From: Escherichia phage vB_EcoM_VR25
Length of the DNA stretch: 64,000 nt
Sequence record: NC_028925.1
Direction: 5' to 3' (one strand)
The notes under the pieces are model-generated. The model made no database searches. It was not told the DNA's origin and was given only the letters and a program-made list of their open reading frames with translations. Both the position numbers and the translations under genes were made by a program. Shown here one piece after another: positions 54,306-63,236 of this stretch (positions are counted from its first letter, which is position 1; every line of letters begins with the position of its first letter).

Positions 54306-54661
54306 TTAGAGTTCAATCCTCTGTTATAGGAATCGACTAACCTGTCAACCATACTGGTGCAGGCCGCTTTATATTTGGCACTCGACAGAATACAATCCAT
54401 TTCAAATAGTTTCTTTTCATATTTGTTGGATAAAATACTCTTTTTCATAAGAGTGTGTTCAACATCATTTTGACCGTCTTTATATGCAGCAGTGAGTTTG
54501 GCACTGAACTGGATTACACAATCCACATTGCTTGATGCGCAATAATCTTTGGCCGTCCTCGTTGCATATTCTATGATGCTATTATTATCATCGCTCTGTA
54601 CTGAAGCTATTCCTCCCGTGCTGAATACTAACCCTATGGCTAAAGTTATGACTCTTACCAT
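54302..54661 (-). CDS. secreted protein, 119 aa
   Basis: N-terminal signal peptide; several Cys in the mature region. Confidence 0.45.
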   Translation of the reverse strand: MVRVITLAIGLVFSTGGIASVQSDDNNSIIEYATRTAKDYCASSNVDCVIQFSAKLTAAYKDGQNDVEHTLMKKSILSNKYEKKLFEMDCILSSAKYKAACTSMVDRLVDSYNRGLNSK

Positions 54662-55204
54662 TTAATCCACCGTTTTTAATAGGCCTCGTGATTTTAAGTA
54701 GTTAGCTTTTTCTAGGACTTGCGAAGCATACGTGTTTCCAGCTTTCACATTCCACCCTGCGTTATATGATGATAGTGTTTTTCTTATGTCCCCCTTGTGA
54801 ATGTTTAACCAGTATGAAAACTCAATATAAGCCCAGCGTGCACTGTTCTCTCTCTTGCTTATCATCTTGATTATTTCTTTATCTGTCATTGTCCACCCAA
54901 CCTGTTTTACGCGCTCGCGCACGGTTGGAAGATAATTTTGGAATATACCATATGCATGATGCTTATCTTTATTTAATCCTGTATTAACACCAGCAGATGA
55001 TTCCTGCCAGGTTAAACCAGCCATGATATATCCCAAACCATTATGTTGGTGCGGATTTTCTTTGTACTTACCATTTTTCTGGAACTGTTCTCCAAACGCA
55101 TAAGCATATTGGAGGTTCTCCATTTGTTCATTACTGAAAGTAGGCTCTACGCTATGGGCAGACATACTAACTGTCAATAGTAAAGTGGCTATTACTTTTT
55201 TCAT
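54662..55204 (-). CDS. secreted lytic transglycosylase (SLT-domain), 180 aa
   Basis: Signal peptide plus SLT motifs WQESS, AYGIFQ and SYNAGWN. Confidence 0.6.
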   Translation of the reverse strand: MKKVIATLLLTVSMSAHSVEPTFSNEQMENLQYAYAFGEQFQKNGKYKENPHQHNGLGYIMAGLTWQESSAGVNTGLNKDKHHAYGIFQNYLPTVRERVKQVGWTMTDKEIIKMISKRENSARWAYIEFSYWLNIHKGDIRKTLSSYNAGWNVKAGNTYASQVLEKANYLKSRGLLKTVD

Positions 55205-55214
55205 GAATTCCCCA

Positions 55215-55673
55215 TTAGATATAAATCACTTTTGTGCTAATTTTTCCTTCCAGACGATTAGAGTTAACAAACGCCATACGACAACACATGGTTGGAGACT
55301 TCCCAGGAAGAGCTGGGTTAACTGTCATTCCTAACCATAAGTTCTTGTCTGTGATTTCCAGACGAAGTGGACGGTAGTTCACATTCGGGTCAATTTGTGC
55401 TTCAACTTCCGGGAGTGGTTTCATCTCCAGGAATTCAACAATTTCTTTTACATGTGGTGTGATTTTTCCAAACAAGTCAAAAACATATTGTTCGTCAATT
55501 TCACGTTGGATTGCACGGTCCAACAGGTGTGGACTGTACTTAATGAAGAATGCTTCAAGGCCTGCTTCTTTACAAGCCTTGTTGATAGCATTATTAATTT
55601 TGAGGAACTCCGTTTCAAAAATACGACGAAGTTTATTGCGGCGAATGTAAACACTTGAATCGATAGTAGTCAT
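55215..55673 (-). CDS. regB: RegB site-specific endoribonuclease, about 152 aa
   Basis: Sequence matches T4 RegB by recall (IRRNKLRR.FE.EF ... YSPHLLDRAIQREIDE ... RPLRLEITD.NLWLG); start at the internal ATG after the promoter and leader. Confidence 0.9.
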   Translation of the reverse strand: MTTIDSSVYIRRNKLRRIFETEFLKINNAINKACKEAGLEAFFIKYSPHLLDRAIQREIDEQYVFDLFGKITPHVKEIVEFLEMKPLPEVEAQIDPNVNYRPLRLEITDKNLWLGMTVNPALPGKSPTMCCRMAFVNSNRLEGKISTKVIYI

Positions 55674-55698
55674 GATTATCTCCTTTTGTTTGATGGGA

Positions 55699-55730
55699 TA
55701 ATCATAACTCATTTCAACCTGCTTGTACAC
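55699..55730 (-). promoter_or_regulatory. early-type promoter (-35 GTGTACA, -10 TATGAT) with ATCCCATCAAAC leader upstream of regB
   Basis: Read on the minus strand. Confidence 0.45.
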
Positions 55731-56035
55731 TATTCTTTAAAACGAATTAGCTTATTTAATGACTGTGAGACTTCAGCACGAACAGCGTGTAAATTCTTAA
55801 GCTGTTCAAGGCGTTGCTCGTAGTAAGCAATTTCATCTTCTTCAAGACAGTCGTTTGAATCTTCTTTAAGATAGTTCCCGTAGTCCTGAAAGGCCTTACG
55901 AATAACTTCCTGGAAATCATCTAGACTTTGAATTTTTGGCTGTTTCGATGTGAATCCAAACGGATTGGAATCATTTATGCGGCGTTGAGAAGCGGTTGAT
56001 AACTCATAACCAAAACCAGAATTAATCTGCGCCAT
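55730..56035 (-). CDS. hypothetical protein, about 101 aa
   Basis: Start at a TAATG overlap with the upstream gene. Confidence 0.45.
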   Translation of the reverse strand: MAQINSGFGYELSTASQRRINDSNPFGFTSKQPKIQSLDDFQEVIRKAFQDYGNYLKEDSNDCLEEDEIAYYEQRLEQLKNLHAVRAEVSQSLNKLIRFKE

Positions 56036-56298
56036 TAGTATTTTTCCTCGGGTCGAAATACTGCACGACATGCCCACATGCTGGCTTCTTTTAGATGTTG
56101 CTTAGCATACTTAAGAGCCTGCACTGCATCCATATCTTCTTTGGTTTGTTGCTCTGTTTCATTTTCTTTCAAGATATATGCTTCTTCAATCAGAGCATCA
56201 AACATCAATCCAAGACGAACTTCTGCATCTTTAATAGCGTTCACTTTACCGATTTTATCGTCGGTATGTGGCTTGTAACCTTTGATATCTTCAATCAT
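56035..56298 (-). CDS. hypothetical protein, 87 aa
   Basis: ORF in the array. Confidence 0.45.
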   Translation of the reverse strand: MIEDIKGYKPHTDDKIGKVNAIKDAEVRLGLMFDALIEEAYILKENETEQQTKEDMDAVQALKYAKQHLKEASMWACRAVFRPEEKY

Positions 56299-56528
56299 TT
56301 CACTTCCTCGCCAGTTGCGATATCATATTCCACCAAACGAAGGCCGTCGGTCCAACCCTGAACGGAGATATAGGTAGTTGGGTAAACCAGTTCTTTACCG
56401 TTCCATTGACCGCCGTCCCAGACTTCCAGAAAGTCTTGTTCACCTGGACCATTAAACCATTCAACGAATCTTTTCAAGGCTGCATCAGAGCCTTCAATCG
56501 TCAGTTTAGACATATTTTTTCCAGTCAC
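56295..56528 (-). CDS. hypothetical protein, 77 aa
   Basis: ATGA-coupled ORF. Confidence 0.45.
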   Translation of the reverse strand: MTGKNMSKLTIEGSDAALKRFVEWFNGPGEQDFLEVWDGGQWNGKELVYPTTYISVQGWTDGLRLVEYDIATGEEVK

Positions 56529-56802
56529 TAATTAATCGCACATCCTGGTCATACGTCAGGAGGCTACGAGTTATAATACCCTTACATGGTCCAGAAATAA
56601 ATTCCAGAGTAAAGTAAGGAACCAACTTCATCAAGCGAATACTCGGAGCAGTGCAACGAAATCTGGACCCAATAAAAGGTCCAGACAAAAACACATACTC
56701 AAAGAAATTTGCTTTATTAAAGATTTCAAAATTCTTTACGAAATCTTCAGACCTAACCTTTGGAATAAAATAGATTTGGTCAAAAAGCTCTTCATGAGTC
56801 AT
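56506..56802 (-). CDS. hypothetical protein, 98 aa
   Basis: ORF in the array. Confidence 0.45.
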   Translation of the reverse strand: MTHEELFDQIYFIPKVRSEDFVKNFEIFNKANFFEYVFLSGPFIGSRFRCTAPSIRLMKLVPYFTLEFISGPCKGIITRSLLTYDQDVRLISDWKKYV

Positions 56803-57329
56803 TATTGCATTCCTATCACAAAGAATAACGGCAAAGGCTTATCACCTTGACACATAAATTTATTCATCATTACCTGATAAGCTTCATAGAACTTATCCAT
56901 TGCAGGGAGGCGAATAGGTTCTTCAATAATGATTAAAAGACGCGTAAAACGCAATCCACGGTACTTATGGAAATTATCTTCATCAAGGAAACTGCGTACA
57001 GTATCATAGACAACGAATCCAGGTCGTTCAACTTGAAGATGTGGTTGTGCCTTAGAAACCCGCTTTATTATATCACAGATTTCTCGGGAGCGATGTGAAG
57101 AACTCGACATAACAATCACATCATTACCCTTGGAAACCCAATCCGCAGCGAACTGTGCAAGGGCACTTGTTTTACCTGTTTGACGACCACCATCAAGTCG
57201 AAGAGTACCAAACTCTTGCATTCTTGAAGCAGGTTCATACCAGGTGTATTGGTCTGAATCTAAGCGTTCAATGGCGCGTTCAGCGAAGGCGTGCATTAAG
57301 GTTAGATAAATTGGAGTTAAAAATTTCAT
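56802..57329 (-). CDS. small P-loop NTPase-like protein, 175 aa
   Basis: Walker A-like GGRQTGKTS and Walker B-like LLIIIEEP. Confidence 0.5.
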   Translation of the reverse strand: MKFLTPIYLTLMHAFAERAIERLDSDQYTWYEPASRMQEFGTLRLDGGRQTGKTSALAQFAADWVSKGNDVIVMSSSSHRSREICDIIKRVSKAQPHLQVERPGFVVYDTVRSFLDEDNFHKYRGLRFTRLLIIIEEPIRLPAMDKFYEAYQVMMNKFMCQGDKPLPLFFVIGMQ

Positions 57330-57490
57330 AGTTGTCTCTTAGTTGTAGGGCCATTCCTTGGCACATTAATTCGTCCATGTATCCGAATGTAAACCCCTTA
57401 CCGCACTCGGGCTCGACCTTATTACAGGTAGGGAAGGGTCCATCACTCAGAGGACACGACGTTCATGAGGAGAGGGTCGGTTTGCCTTTA

Positions 57491-57790
57491 TTAAAAAGAA
57501 CCAGAGCCTTTAATTGTGTTCTGGCGACCTTTATTTTCGAATTCAGAATGGTCGATTTCGTATGCTTGTGCTACGCCAAAGGCCTTTTTAACTTTAGATA
57601 AAGAACCTTTAGATGTAACAATATTAAAAGTATTGCCTTTGGTAAAATCAACCAAATCCACTTGCACACCCTGTTTACCGAGGCTTGCTACAATAGCATC
57701 AACATATTGTTGGTCTAAATTGCCTTGAACCCCAATTTGAAATGCTTTAGGAACTTTGGCTTCTGTGATAAATTCTTGATAAGTTAACAT
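57491..57790 (-). CDS. internal protein with capsid-targeting leader (MLTYQEFITE), 99 aa
   Basis: N-terminal 10 residues match the T4 IP targeting sequence MKTYQEFIAE; divergent body. Confidence 0.6.
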   Translation of the reverse strand: MLTYQEFITEAKVPKAFQIGVQGNLDQQYVDAIVASLGKQGVQVDLVDFTKGNTFNIVTSKGSLSKVKKAFGVAQAYEIDHSEFENKGRQNTIKGSGSF

Positions 57791-57819
57791 TATACACTAT
57801 CCCATCATAAAGTAAACAG

Positions 57820-58083
57820 TTACGCTTTACCGCCAGAAACAATACCAAAGGTCTCAAAGTCCCATTCAATATCGTCAACATCAACTTTCTTACCAGCAAC
57901 CACAAATGCGATTTCGCGACGTTTTGCATAGGTAACAATTTCTTTGCCATCGCCGCCAAAGAAAGAATAACCATTGCGCTTCATGGTGCCAAAGTCTTCA
58001 GCATCACCAGCGAAGGCACGGACTTTAAAAGCACCAGTAGGAGCTTTAGCAGATTCAGTAATAAATTCTTGATAAGTTTTCAT
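57820..58083 (-). CDS. internal protein with capsid-targeting leader (MKTYQEFITE), 87 aa
   Basis: As above. Confidence 0.65.
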   Translation of the reverse strand: MKTYQEFITESAKAPTGAFKVRAFAGDAEDFGTMKRNGYSFFGGDGKEIVTYAKRREIAFVVAGKKVDVDDIEWDFETFGIVSGGKA

Positions 58084-58096
58084 AATGTCTCTTTAG

Positions 58097-58411
58097 TTAA
58101 GCTTTAGGGAAATCGCGCAAAAACGCATCATAAAGTTTATTACCAATGCGACGGAATGCTTTTGCAGCATGAACGTTATCTGGGTTTGCAATTTTAATCT
58201 GCATTACATGACTACCAGCCCATGATTTAGCTTCGTCATAATAACCTTTAATTTCTTTAATAGTCTTGCGTTTTCCACCAGGACCATCAACAGTAATTTT
58301 CCACGAACCAGTGCTTGTTTCACTTGGTGGGGTTAACTGTTCAATCCAGACATAACCACCTTCAACACGTTGTTGAGTAGATTCAGTAATAAATTCTTGA
58401 TAAGTTTTCAT
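58097..58411 (-). CDS. internal protein with capsid-targeting leader (MKTYQEFITE), about 104 aa
   Basis: Start at the internal ATG that begins MKTYQEFITE. Confidence 0.65.
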   Translation of the reverse strand: MKTYQEFITESTQQRVEGGYVWIEQLTPPSETSTGSWKITVDGPGGKRKTIKEIKGYYDEAKSWAGSHVMQIKIANPDNVHAAKAFRRIGNKLYDAFLRDFPKA

Positions 58412-58439
58412 TTTATATTCCATGTTTGGTTGATAAAAT

Positions 58440-58471
58440 CATTATACAACCTTTTTAGTTAAGCGTACACA
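58440..58471 (-). promoter_or_regulatory. early-type promoter (-35 GTGTACG, -10 TATAAT) upstream of an internal-protein gene
   Basis: Read on the minus strand. Confidence 0.4.
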
Positions 58472-58875
58472 GCTTTCCCATAGTATTTGTACCAGGTAGG
58501 CTTTTGAGAAATTTTCTCATTCAGTCTGGATTGACTGATTTCAATTGACCAGATTGATGGTTGATAATCATTCTTCCATTCATCAGGAATATCATTTAAA
58601 TCTTGGGTAGAAATATCTTTTATATTAAACCCTCGCTTTAAACATTCAGCAATAAGTTCTTGATGGCGGTTTTTAAGGAACAAAAGCTTATCATAAAAGA
58701 AGGTGACATGACCAGTTCCTAAAAGAAAAGATGATGGGATTTTAAAGTCAGACACCTTTTTACCATTTTGTACATGCTTACGAACAGCCCCAAACACGCG
58801 AGGAAGCTCACGGTATTCAGCCATAAGGTGTTGGTCAGCAAGTTCAGATACCAGGGTTAAATTAATGCGAGTCAT
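58459..58875 (-). CDS. denV: endonuclease V (pyrimidine-dimer DNA glycosylase) DenV, 138 aa
   Basis: Sequence matches T4 DenV by recall ([35 protein letters not shown] ... [13 protein letters not shown]). Confidence 0.95.
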   Translation of the reverse strand: MTRINLTLVSELADQHLMAEYRELPRVFGAVRKHVQNGKKVSDFKIPSSFLLGTGHVTFFYDKLLFLKNRHQELIAECLKRGFNIKDISTQDLNDIPDEWKNDYQPSIWSIEISQSRLNEKISQKPTWYKYYGKAVYA

Positions 58876-58902
58876 GTTTGTTCCTCCAAGTAGTTGATGG
58901 GA

Positions 58903-58935
58903 TAATAATACATCAATACGAGGAGGTTGTAAACT
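58903..58935 (-). promoter_or_regulatory. early-type promoter (-35 GTTTACA, -10 TATTAT) with CCCATCAACTACTTGGAGGA leader upstream of denV
   Basis: Read on the minus strand. Confidence 0.45.
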
Positions 58936-59216
58936 TATTTTGTGGAAGCAGCCGAGATATATTTTTCAAGACGCTGTTTCATCAGCGAGCCGTTCTTAGC
59001 GATTTCTTCCGGTTTATCGCACATACGCAATAGAGCTTCAAGCTTAGTGATATCAGATGTCCGCTCAAATTTGCGAGTATCTACCTTACTAGCAAGTTCG
59101 GAAATACGCGCTAACAGACTTTCGGCTTCTACCAAAGCTGTGCCCAGCTTAGTTGCAAATGCGTCAGTAGCTTCATTAAGAGTGGTCACGGTCAAAAATT
59201 CATTATAGGTTTTCAT
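58935..59216 (-). CDS. internal protein with capsid-targeting leader ([10 protein letters not shown]), 93 aa
   Basis: Degenerate form of the IP leader; lies between e and denV. Confidence 0.55.
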   Translation of the reverse strand: MKTYNEFLTVTTLNEATDAFATKLGTALVEAESLLARISELASKVDTRKFERTSDITKLEALLRMCDKPEEIAKNGSLMKQRLEKYISAASTK

Positions 59217-59697
59217 ATACTTTCCAAGTTCCTGTTTTAAATGTTGAGATTACACGTTTCGCTCGATTAGGTGTTTGTTTGTACCATTTGGATTGAGCCA
59301 GGTTAACAGCAGCTTCGTCCCAACGTTTCTGTTGAAGCAACCGAAGGGAGTTAGTAAACCCAGCAACGCCGGCTTCACCCATTTGGAAGACCATATTAAT
59401 CAGGGCACAGCGACGAACTTCGTCAAGACTATCATACACTGGTTTTAATTTAGCATTACGCATAACACTCGCACGTGCTTTTTCCACTGAACGGTTAAAC
59501 AAGGTTTCAGCTTCAACCTGGGTAATCCTACCGTTGCAGACGCGACCCATGAGCTTGTCGAGCTCGGCACGAGCAACATCTTTCGATGGGTTCTTAGTTA
59601 TCAGTTGCCCGATACCGATGGTCCAATATCCTTCGGTATCTTTATACAAATCCAACTTACAACCTTCATCTATGCGTAACATTTCGAATATATTCAT
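59203..59697 (-). CDS. e: lysozyme (endolysin, T4 e type), 164 aa
   Basis: Sequence matches T4 lysozyme by recall ([12 protein letters not shown] ... [13 protein letters not shown] ... [18 protein letters not shown]). Confidence 0.95.
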   Translation of the reverse strand: MNIFEMLRIDEGCKLDLYKDTEGYWTIGIGQLITKNPSKDVARAELDKLMGRVCNGRITQVEAETLFNRSVEKARASVMRNAKLKPVYDSLDEVRRCALINMVFQMGEAGVAGFTNSLRLLQQKRWDEAAVNLAQSKWYKQTPNRAKRVISTFKTGTWKVYENL

Positions 59698-59722
59698 AAT
59701 ACCCCCTTATATAGGGGTATTT
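59698..59722 (-). promoter_or_regulatory. hairpin (tacccccTTATATAgggggta) that includes the e-gene Shine-Dalgarno, with late-promoter-like AATAAATA
   Basis: Inverted repeat immediately 5' of the e ATG; T4 e is known to be translationally silenced in early transcripts by such a hairpin. Confidence 0.55.
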
Positions 59723-59723
59723 A

Positions 59724-60185
59724 TTATCCGAAAATTTGAGTCAAAACCTTGTACATCGATTTACCCATTACGTATTGCCATTGACTCGGTTTAATCAGAG
59801 CGAAAGCATCAAACTCTGGGACCGAACTACCATCCGGGAAGGTATGATATGCGGAGCATTTACTATGTCTGAATTGCTCATGCTCGACCGGGACCGTGTA
59901 CAAAAACAGGTGAAGGTTTTTGTTATCTGAATAACGGAACTCGCCTAGGTCTTTTAAGAATGCCGGGTCATACCGGGTAAAGCCTGTTTCTTCTTCACAT
60001 TCACGCATAGCTGCTTCAATCGGGGATTCACCGGCTTCAACATGACCCTTAGGGATATCCCATTTATGCGCAGGCATACCCGGTTTGCGAGAACCAGTCA
60101 CACGACCCATGAATAACTCTTTATCTTCAGTCATGAAAATAATGCCAGCAGATAATTCTTTCACCACGTTTTTCTTACTCATCAT
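59724..60185 (-). CDS. nudE: Nudix hydrolase NudE, about 153 aa
   Basis: Nudix box GHVEAGESPIEAAMRECEEETG; start at an internal ATG; the long N-terminal extension in the track is probably spurious. Confidence 0.8.
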   Translation of the reverse strand: MMSKKNVVKELSAGIIFMTEDKELFMGRVTGSRKPGMPAHKWDIPKGHVEAGESPIEAAMRECEEETGFTRYDPAFLKDLGEFRYSDNKNLHLFLYTVPVEHEQFRHSKCSAYHTFPDGSSVPEFDAFALIKPSQWQYVMGKSMYKVLTQIFG

Positions 60186-60411
60186 CACGTTCCCAAGATT
60201 TTTTAAAGATTTCAGCCATAATAATTTCAATACGTGTTTCTGTTGATGGTGATTCACTATCAGAAGTTTGAACTCTGTAATCGGAAATTGGTCGGAACAT
60301 ATCCAAGTCACTTTCCAAATCTTCTTTTATTTTCTCTTCTGATGTTCCAGTATCATAGGAATACAGATAAGAATCACATGACTCAGATTTAATATAAATT
60401 GCAATACTCAT
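60175..60411 (-). CDS. hypothetical acidic protein, 78 aa
   Basis: ORF in the array. Confidence 0.45.
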   Translation of the reverse strand: MSIAIYIKSESCDSYLYSYDTGTSEEKIKEDLESDLDMFRPISDYRVQTSDSESPSTETRIEIIMAEIFKKSWERDDE

Positions 60412-60995
60412 TTACGGCATTCCTCAATAAAAGAATTTAATGTATTTTTCTTAGCGATATCGTCGTATACCTTTTTAACTTTAGAAATACGAAAAGGTAC
60501 TTCAATAGTCATAGTCCATAAAAATGATGCAATAAGTCCAACAGCAGCAGAAGAAATGCACGCGCCCATTACAGCCACGGGGGCTTCATTTTTACCTGTC
60601 AAGAAAAACAACAGGATTGGTAAAAATAAGATTCCAGACCACGCATAAAACCTGGAACAAATTAACTTATCAAATTCATCTTTCCAGGTACGAAATCCAT
60701 ATTTCTTGCTATAAGAAATTAATGGGTCGGGTGTCTGTTCTTTGAGTGGTTCTGGTTGCCAGCCATTTACGATATAGCCCATTCTGAACTCCTTAATTAA
60801 AAGCTCTTTCATATTATAGTTGCAACCGGACCAATCTACCGTACTAGCTGCAATTCCTTCATCACCATCATCAAGATTCCGCCAGGACTTTTTAATAATC
60901 ATATTCTCACCACTTGGGATAATAATTCCAGCATTTTCTGACCTACGGATGAAGTTTGCATCAATGCCCATACACCCGGGTTCATAAAGGGCCAT
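60408..60995 (-). CDS. hypothetical protein with C-terminal membrane segments, 195 aa
   Basis: Hydrophobic stretches in the C-terminal half (ILFLPILLFFL, AVMGACISSAAVGLIASFLW). Confidence 0.5.
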   Translation of the reverse strand: MALYEPGCMGIDANFIRRSENAGIIIPSGENMIIKKSWRNLDDGDEGIAASTVDWSGCNYNMKELLIKEFRMGYIVNGWQPEPLKEQTPDPLISYSKKYGFRTWKDEFDKLICSRFYAWSGILFLPILLFFLTGKNEAPVAVMGACISSAAVGLIASFLWTMTIEVPFRISKVKKVYDDIAKKNTLNSFIEECRK

Positions 60996-61684
60996 TACCA
61001 GCCCTCCATAGGGAATTCCAGATATACTTGAGCGTTAACGCGGATTTCATTTGTAATCTTTTTAACACGGTCGGTATTACGAGACACACGACCAAACCAG
61101 CGCCAACCGTTACCAACTGTTTTCGTTCCAGTGTGCCAGGTCTGCCAGTTGAATTCACACAACGTGCGGTCAGGAGCTTCTTGAACTAAAAGTTCACCTG
61201 CCTTGATTTTTTCCAGAACTTCCTGGTGCCACCGGCGATAGATAAGTTCGCCATCAGGAATCTGACTGAATTCTGAAGTTCCCAGAGCAAAATTAGTAGG
61301 GCAAACAGAAGCGTTAACCAGACCCAGGATGTGTTCAGAATGGTAACGAGGGTTATCATAATCAGGTTGTCCTGCTGTAATAAAATGTTGTCCTGCTGGA
61401 ATATCTGGACGTGGTACATCATCATGGTGGAACCCTGGAATAGCAGGATACCAGCCAGGCATTAACATGTGGACACGGGAATCAAATACAATATCAGGGC
61501 CACATTGCCAATCTTCAGGCAGGTTTTCAATAAAGCTACGAGTAATAGGACCACCGTGTTTATGAGCAAAATAAGCATCGCAATTAAAGAACATAGGCTC
61601 ATTTTTGATTTGGTCATTACTGATATCTTGAGCAAATTGGCCAACTTCACGCATTTTACTATTAAAAGTTTTTGAGCTATTCAT
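60995..61684 (-). CDS. hypothetical protein, 229 aa
   Basis: Long ORF in the array. Confidence 0.5.
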   Translation of the reverse strand: MNSSKTFNSKMREVGQFAQDISNDQIKNEPMFFNCDAYFAHKHGGPITRSFIENLPEDWQCGPDIVFDSRVHMLMPGWYPAIPGFHHDDVPRPDIPAGQHFITAGQPDYDNPRYHSEHILGLVNASVCPTNFALGTSEFSQIPDGELIYRRWHQEVLEKIKAGELLVQEAPDRTLCEFNWQTWHTGTKTVGNGWRWFGRVSRNTDRVKKITNEIRVNAQVYLEFPMEGW

Positions 61685-61743
61685 AATATTTTCCTCATTG
61701 ATTGTGGGACCATTGTGTCATAGTCCCACTTGGATGTACACAC

Positions 61744-62703
61744 TTATTTTGAAAAAGGTTTAATCAAATGTTGGTTAGCCTTGAAACGTTTAACATAGTC
61801 TTCGCGACCCAGGGTGTTGTACATATTAACCACTTCCTGGTAATGTTCCCAGGCATACTCACGGAACCATCCAGAAGTAATGGAGGTACAGACTTTTTCT
61901 AGTGCAATATGGAAGCTCACGGATGGAGATATATTGAACTCATTAGGAACCTGCGAACGCTCCAGAGCAAGTACACATGCTTCTTCATAAACCCCTGCCA
62001 GTTTAATAACATCAGGAAGTGCTTCAAATTTTTCACGTGAGGTCATGACTTCTGAATCATCCTTCATATAGAACTTATATGCAGGCTTATCAGCAAGCGC
62101 CACGGCCTCGTGGATGGAGTCATGGTCAAGGGTATAGATTGTATCATTAAAGAAAGTTTTCTTGCCCACGTCTAGTTTAGGGTGACTATATGACAGTGTT
62201 TCTGTCTGACGTTGTAACATAATTTTCTGCAGTTCATCATTAAGAACAACACCCTTATTACGAAGGTAATTAATATGGCTCATGGTCTTCAGGAAGAATG
62301 GATTGTTCTTCAGGTAACGATGAGACAATTTAATTGCCAGACAAATATCAGGGGTCGCCCAATAAAAACCAGATAGACGGTCTTTCTGAATATTTGCCTT
62401 CGCATATTTGAGCAGACGATAACTGGAGGTAAAATCTTCCTCTTGTAGCTCATCAGTCAACTCACGAACACTTGTCAGGGCGCGGACGATATATGCTTCA
62501 AAATAGGTTTCTTTACCGTTGTGCATACACTTAAAAGCTTGCACATCTGGGTTATCCACATGAACATGCTGCCCCATCATCTGGGTTTTAAAGCTGTTCC
62601 AGGAACCCTGGTCAGCGATAAAATCCCAATCAGAGTTTTCAATTTTCTTACTTTCAATCAGACCGGCGTTATGTAACGCGCGAGAACCAATAACTAACAT
62701 CAT
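61744..62703 (-). CDS. hypothetical protein, 319 aa, possible nucleotidyltransferase-like N-terminus
   Basis: N-terminal VIGSRALHNAG...SDWDF loosely fits a GS...DxD pattern, with longer than usual spacing. Confidence 0.45.
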   Translation of the reverse strand: MMLVIGSRALHNAGLIESKKIENSDWDFIADQGSWNSFKTQMMGQHVHVDNPDVQAFKCMHNGKETYFEAYIVRALTSVRELTDELQEEDFTSSYRLLKYAKANIQKDRLSGFYWATPDICLAIKLSHRYLKNNPFFLKTMSHINYLRNKGVVLNDELQKIMLQRQTETLSYSHPKLDVGKKTFFNDTIYTLDHDSIHEAVALADKPAYKFYMKDDSEVMTSREKFEALPDVIKLAGVYEEACVLALERSQVPNEFNISPSVSFHIALEKVCTSITSGWFREYAWEHYQEVVNMYNTLGREDYVKRFKANQHLIKPFSK

Positions 62704-62724
62704 AATATTTTCCTCAGAATTAAA

Positions 62725-62961
62725 TTAAATGTCCCAGCGGGCGCTATCATATTCATCCCATAGAGCTTCATGGGAGTTACAAACGATAGGAGCAATGACT
62801 CCGTTAATATCTTCGTTGTAAGGGCAGATAGTACAAAATGCATCTTCGAAACGAACATTGTAATCAGACTTCTTATACGCGATGTCAAAAATCTTTTTAA
62901 ACTTTTCACGAGTAATGGTTTTAGCAACCACTTCAGTACCAATACTTTCGTAATAAATCAT
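62725..62961 (-). CDS. hypothetical protein, 78 aa
   Basis: ORF in the array. Confidence 0.4.
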   Translation of the reverse strand: MIYYESIGTEVVAKTITREKFKKIFDIAYKKSDYNVRFEDAFCTICPYNEDINGVIAPIVCNSHEALWDEYDSARWDI

Positions 62962-62971
62962 GGTTATCTCC

Positions 62972-63172
62972 TCAGATAGGACCGTAAAGGTATGTCCAAC
63001 GTTTAACGAAAGAAACTACTTCTTCCAAGGTATCGCAAACCTCTGTAGTGCCCGGAACGCCATCGCCACTGATGGTTACTTTAATGCCATCTGAAACTTC
63101 CTGGAGATTAACCTCCAGTTGGTTGGCTTTGGCTTCGTTCAGAACTTTGATTAATTCGTTTGCGATAGACAT
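62972..63172 (-). CDS. hypothetical protein, 66 aa
   Basis: ORF in the array. Confidence 0.4.
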   Translation of the reverse strand: MSIANELIKVLNEAKANQLEVNLQEVSDGIKVTISGDGVPGTTEVCDTLEEVVSFVKRWTYLYGPI

Positions 63173-63236
63173 TTTTATTCTCCTGTTCTGATAACGTGAT
63201 TGTCATCAGTTGATAAGAGAATAGTAACATGGTTTT

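Noticed and set aside
57330-57490. tRNA gene
   Set aside because: No acceptor stem, anticodon arm and T-loop (GTTCGAATCC-like) arrangement could be fitted on either strand; the T4 tRNA cluster lies beyond e.8, outside this window
57788-57819. Promoter call for CATTATAC...GTAAAC at the start of internal-protein gene 57491-57790
   Set aside because: The apparent -10 overlaps the ATG of the gene itself, so it cannot drive that gene; the resemblance comes from the conserved TATAATG start context
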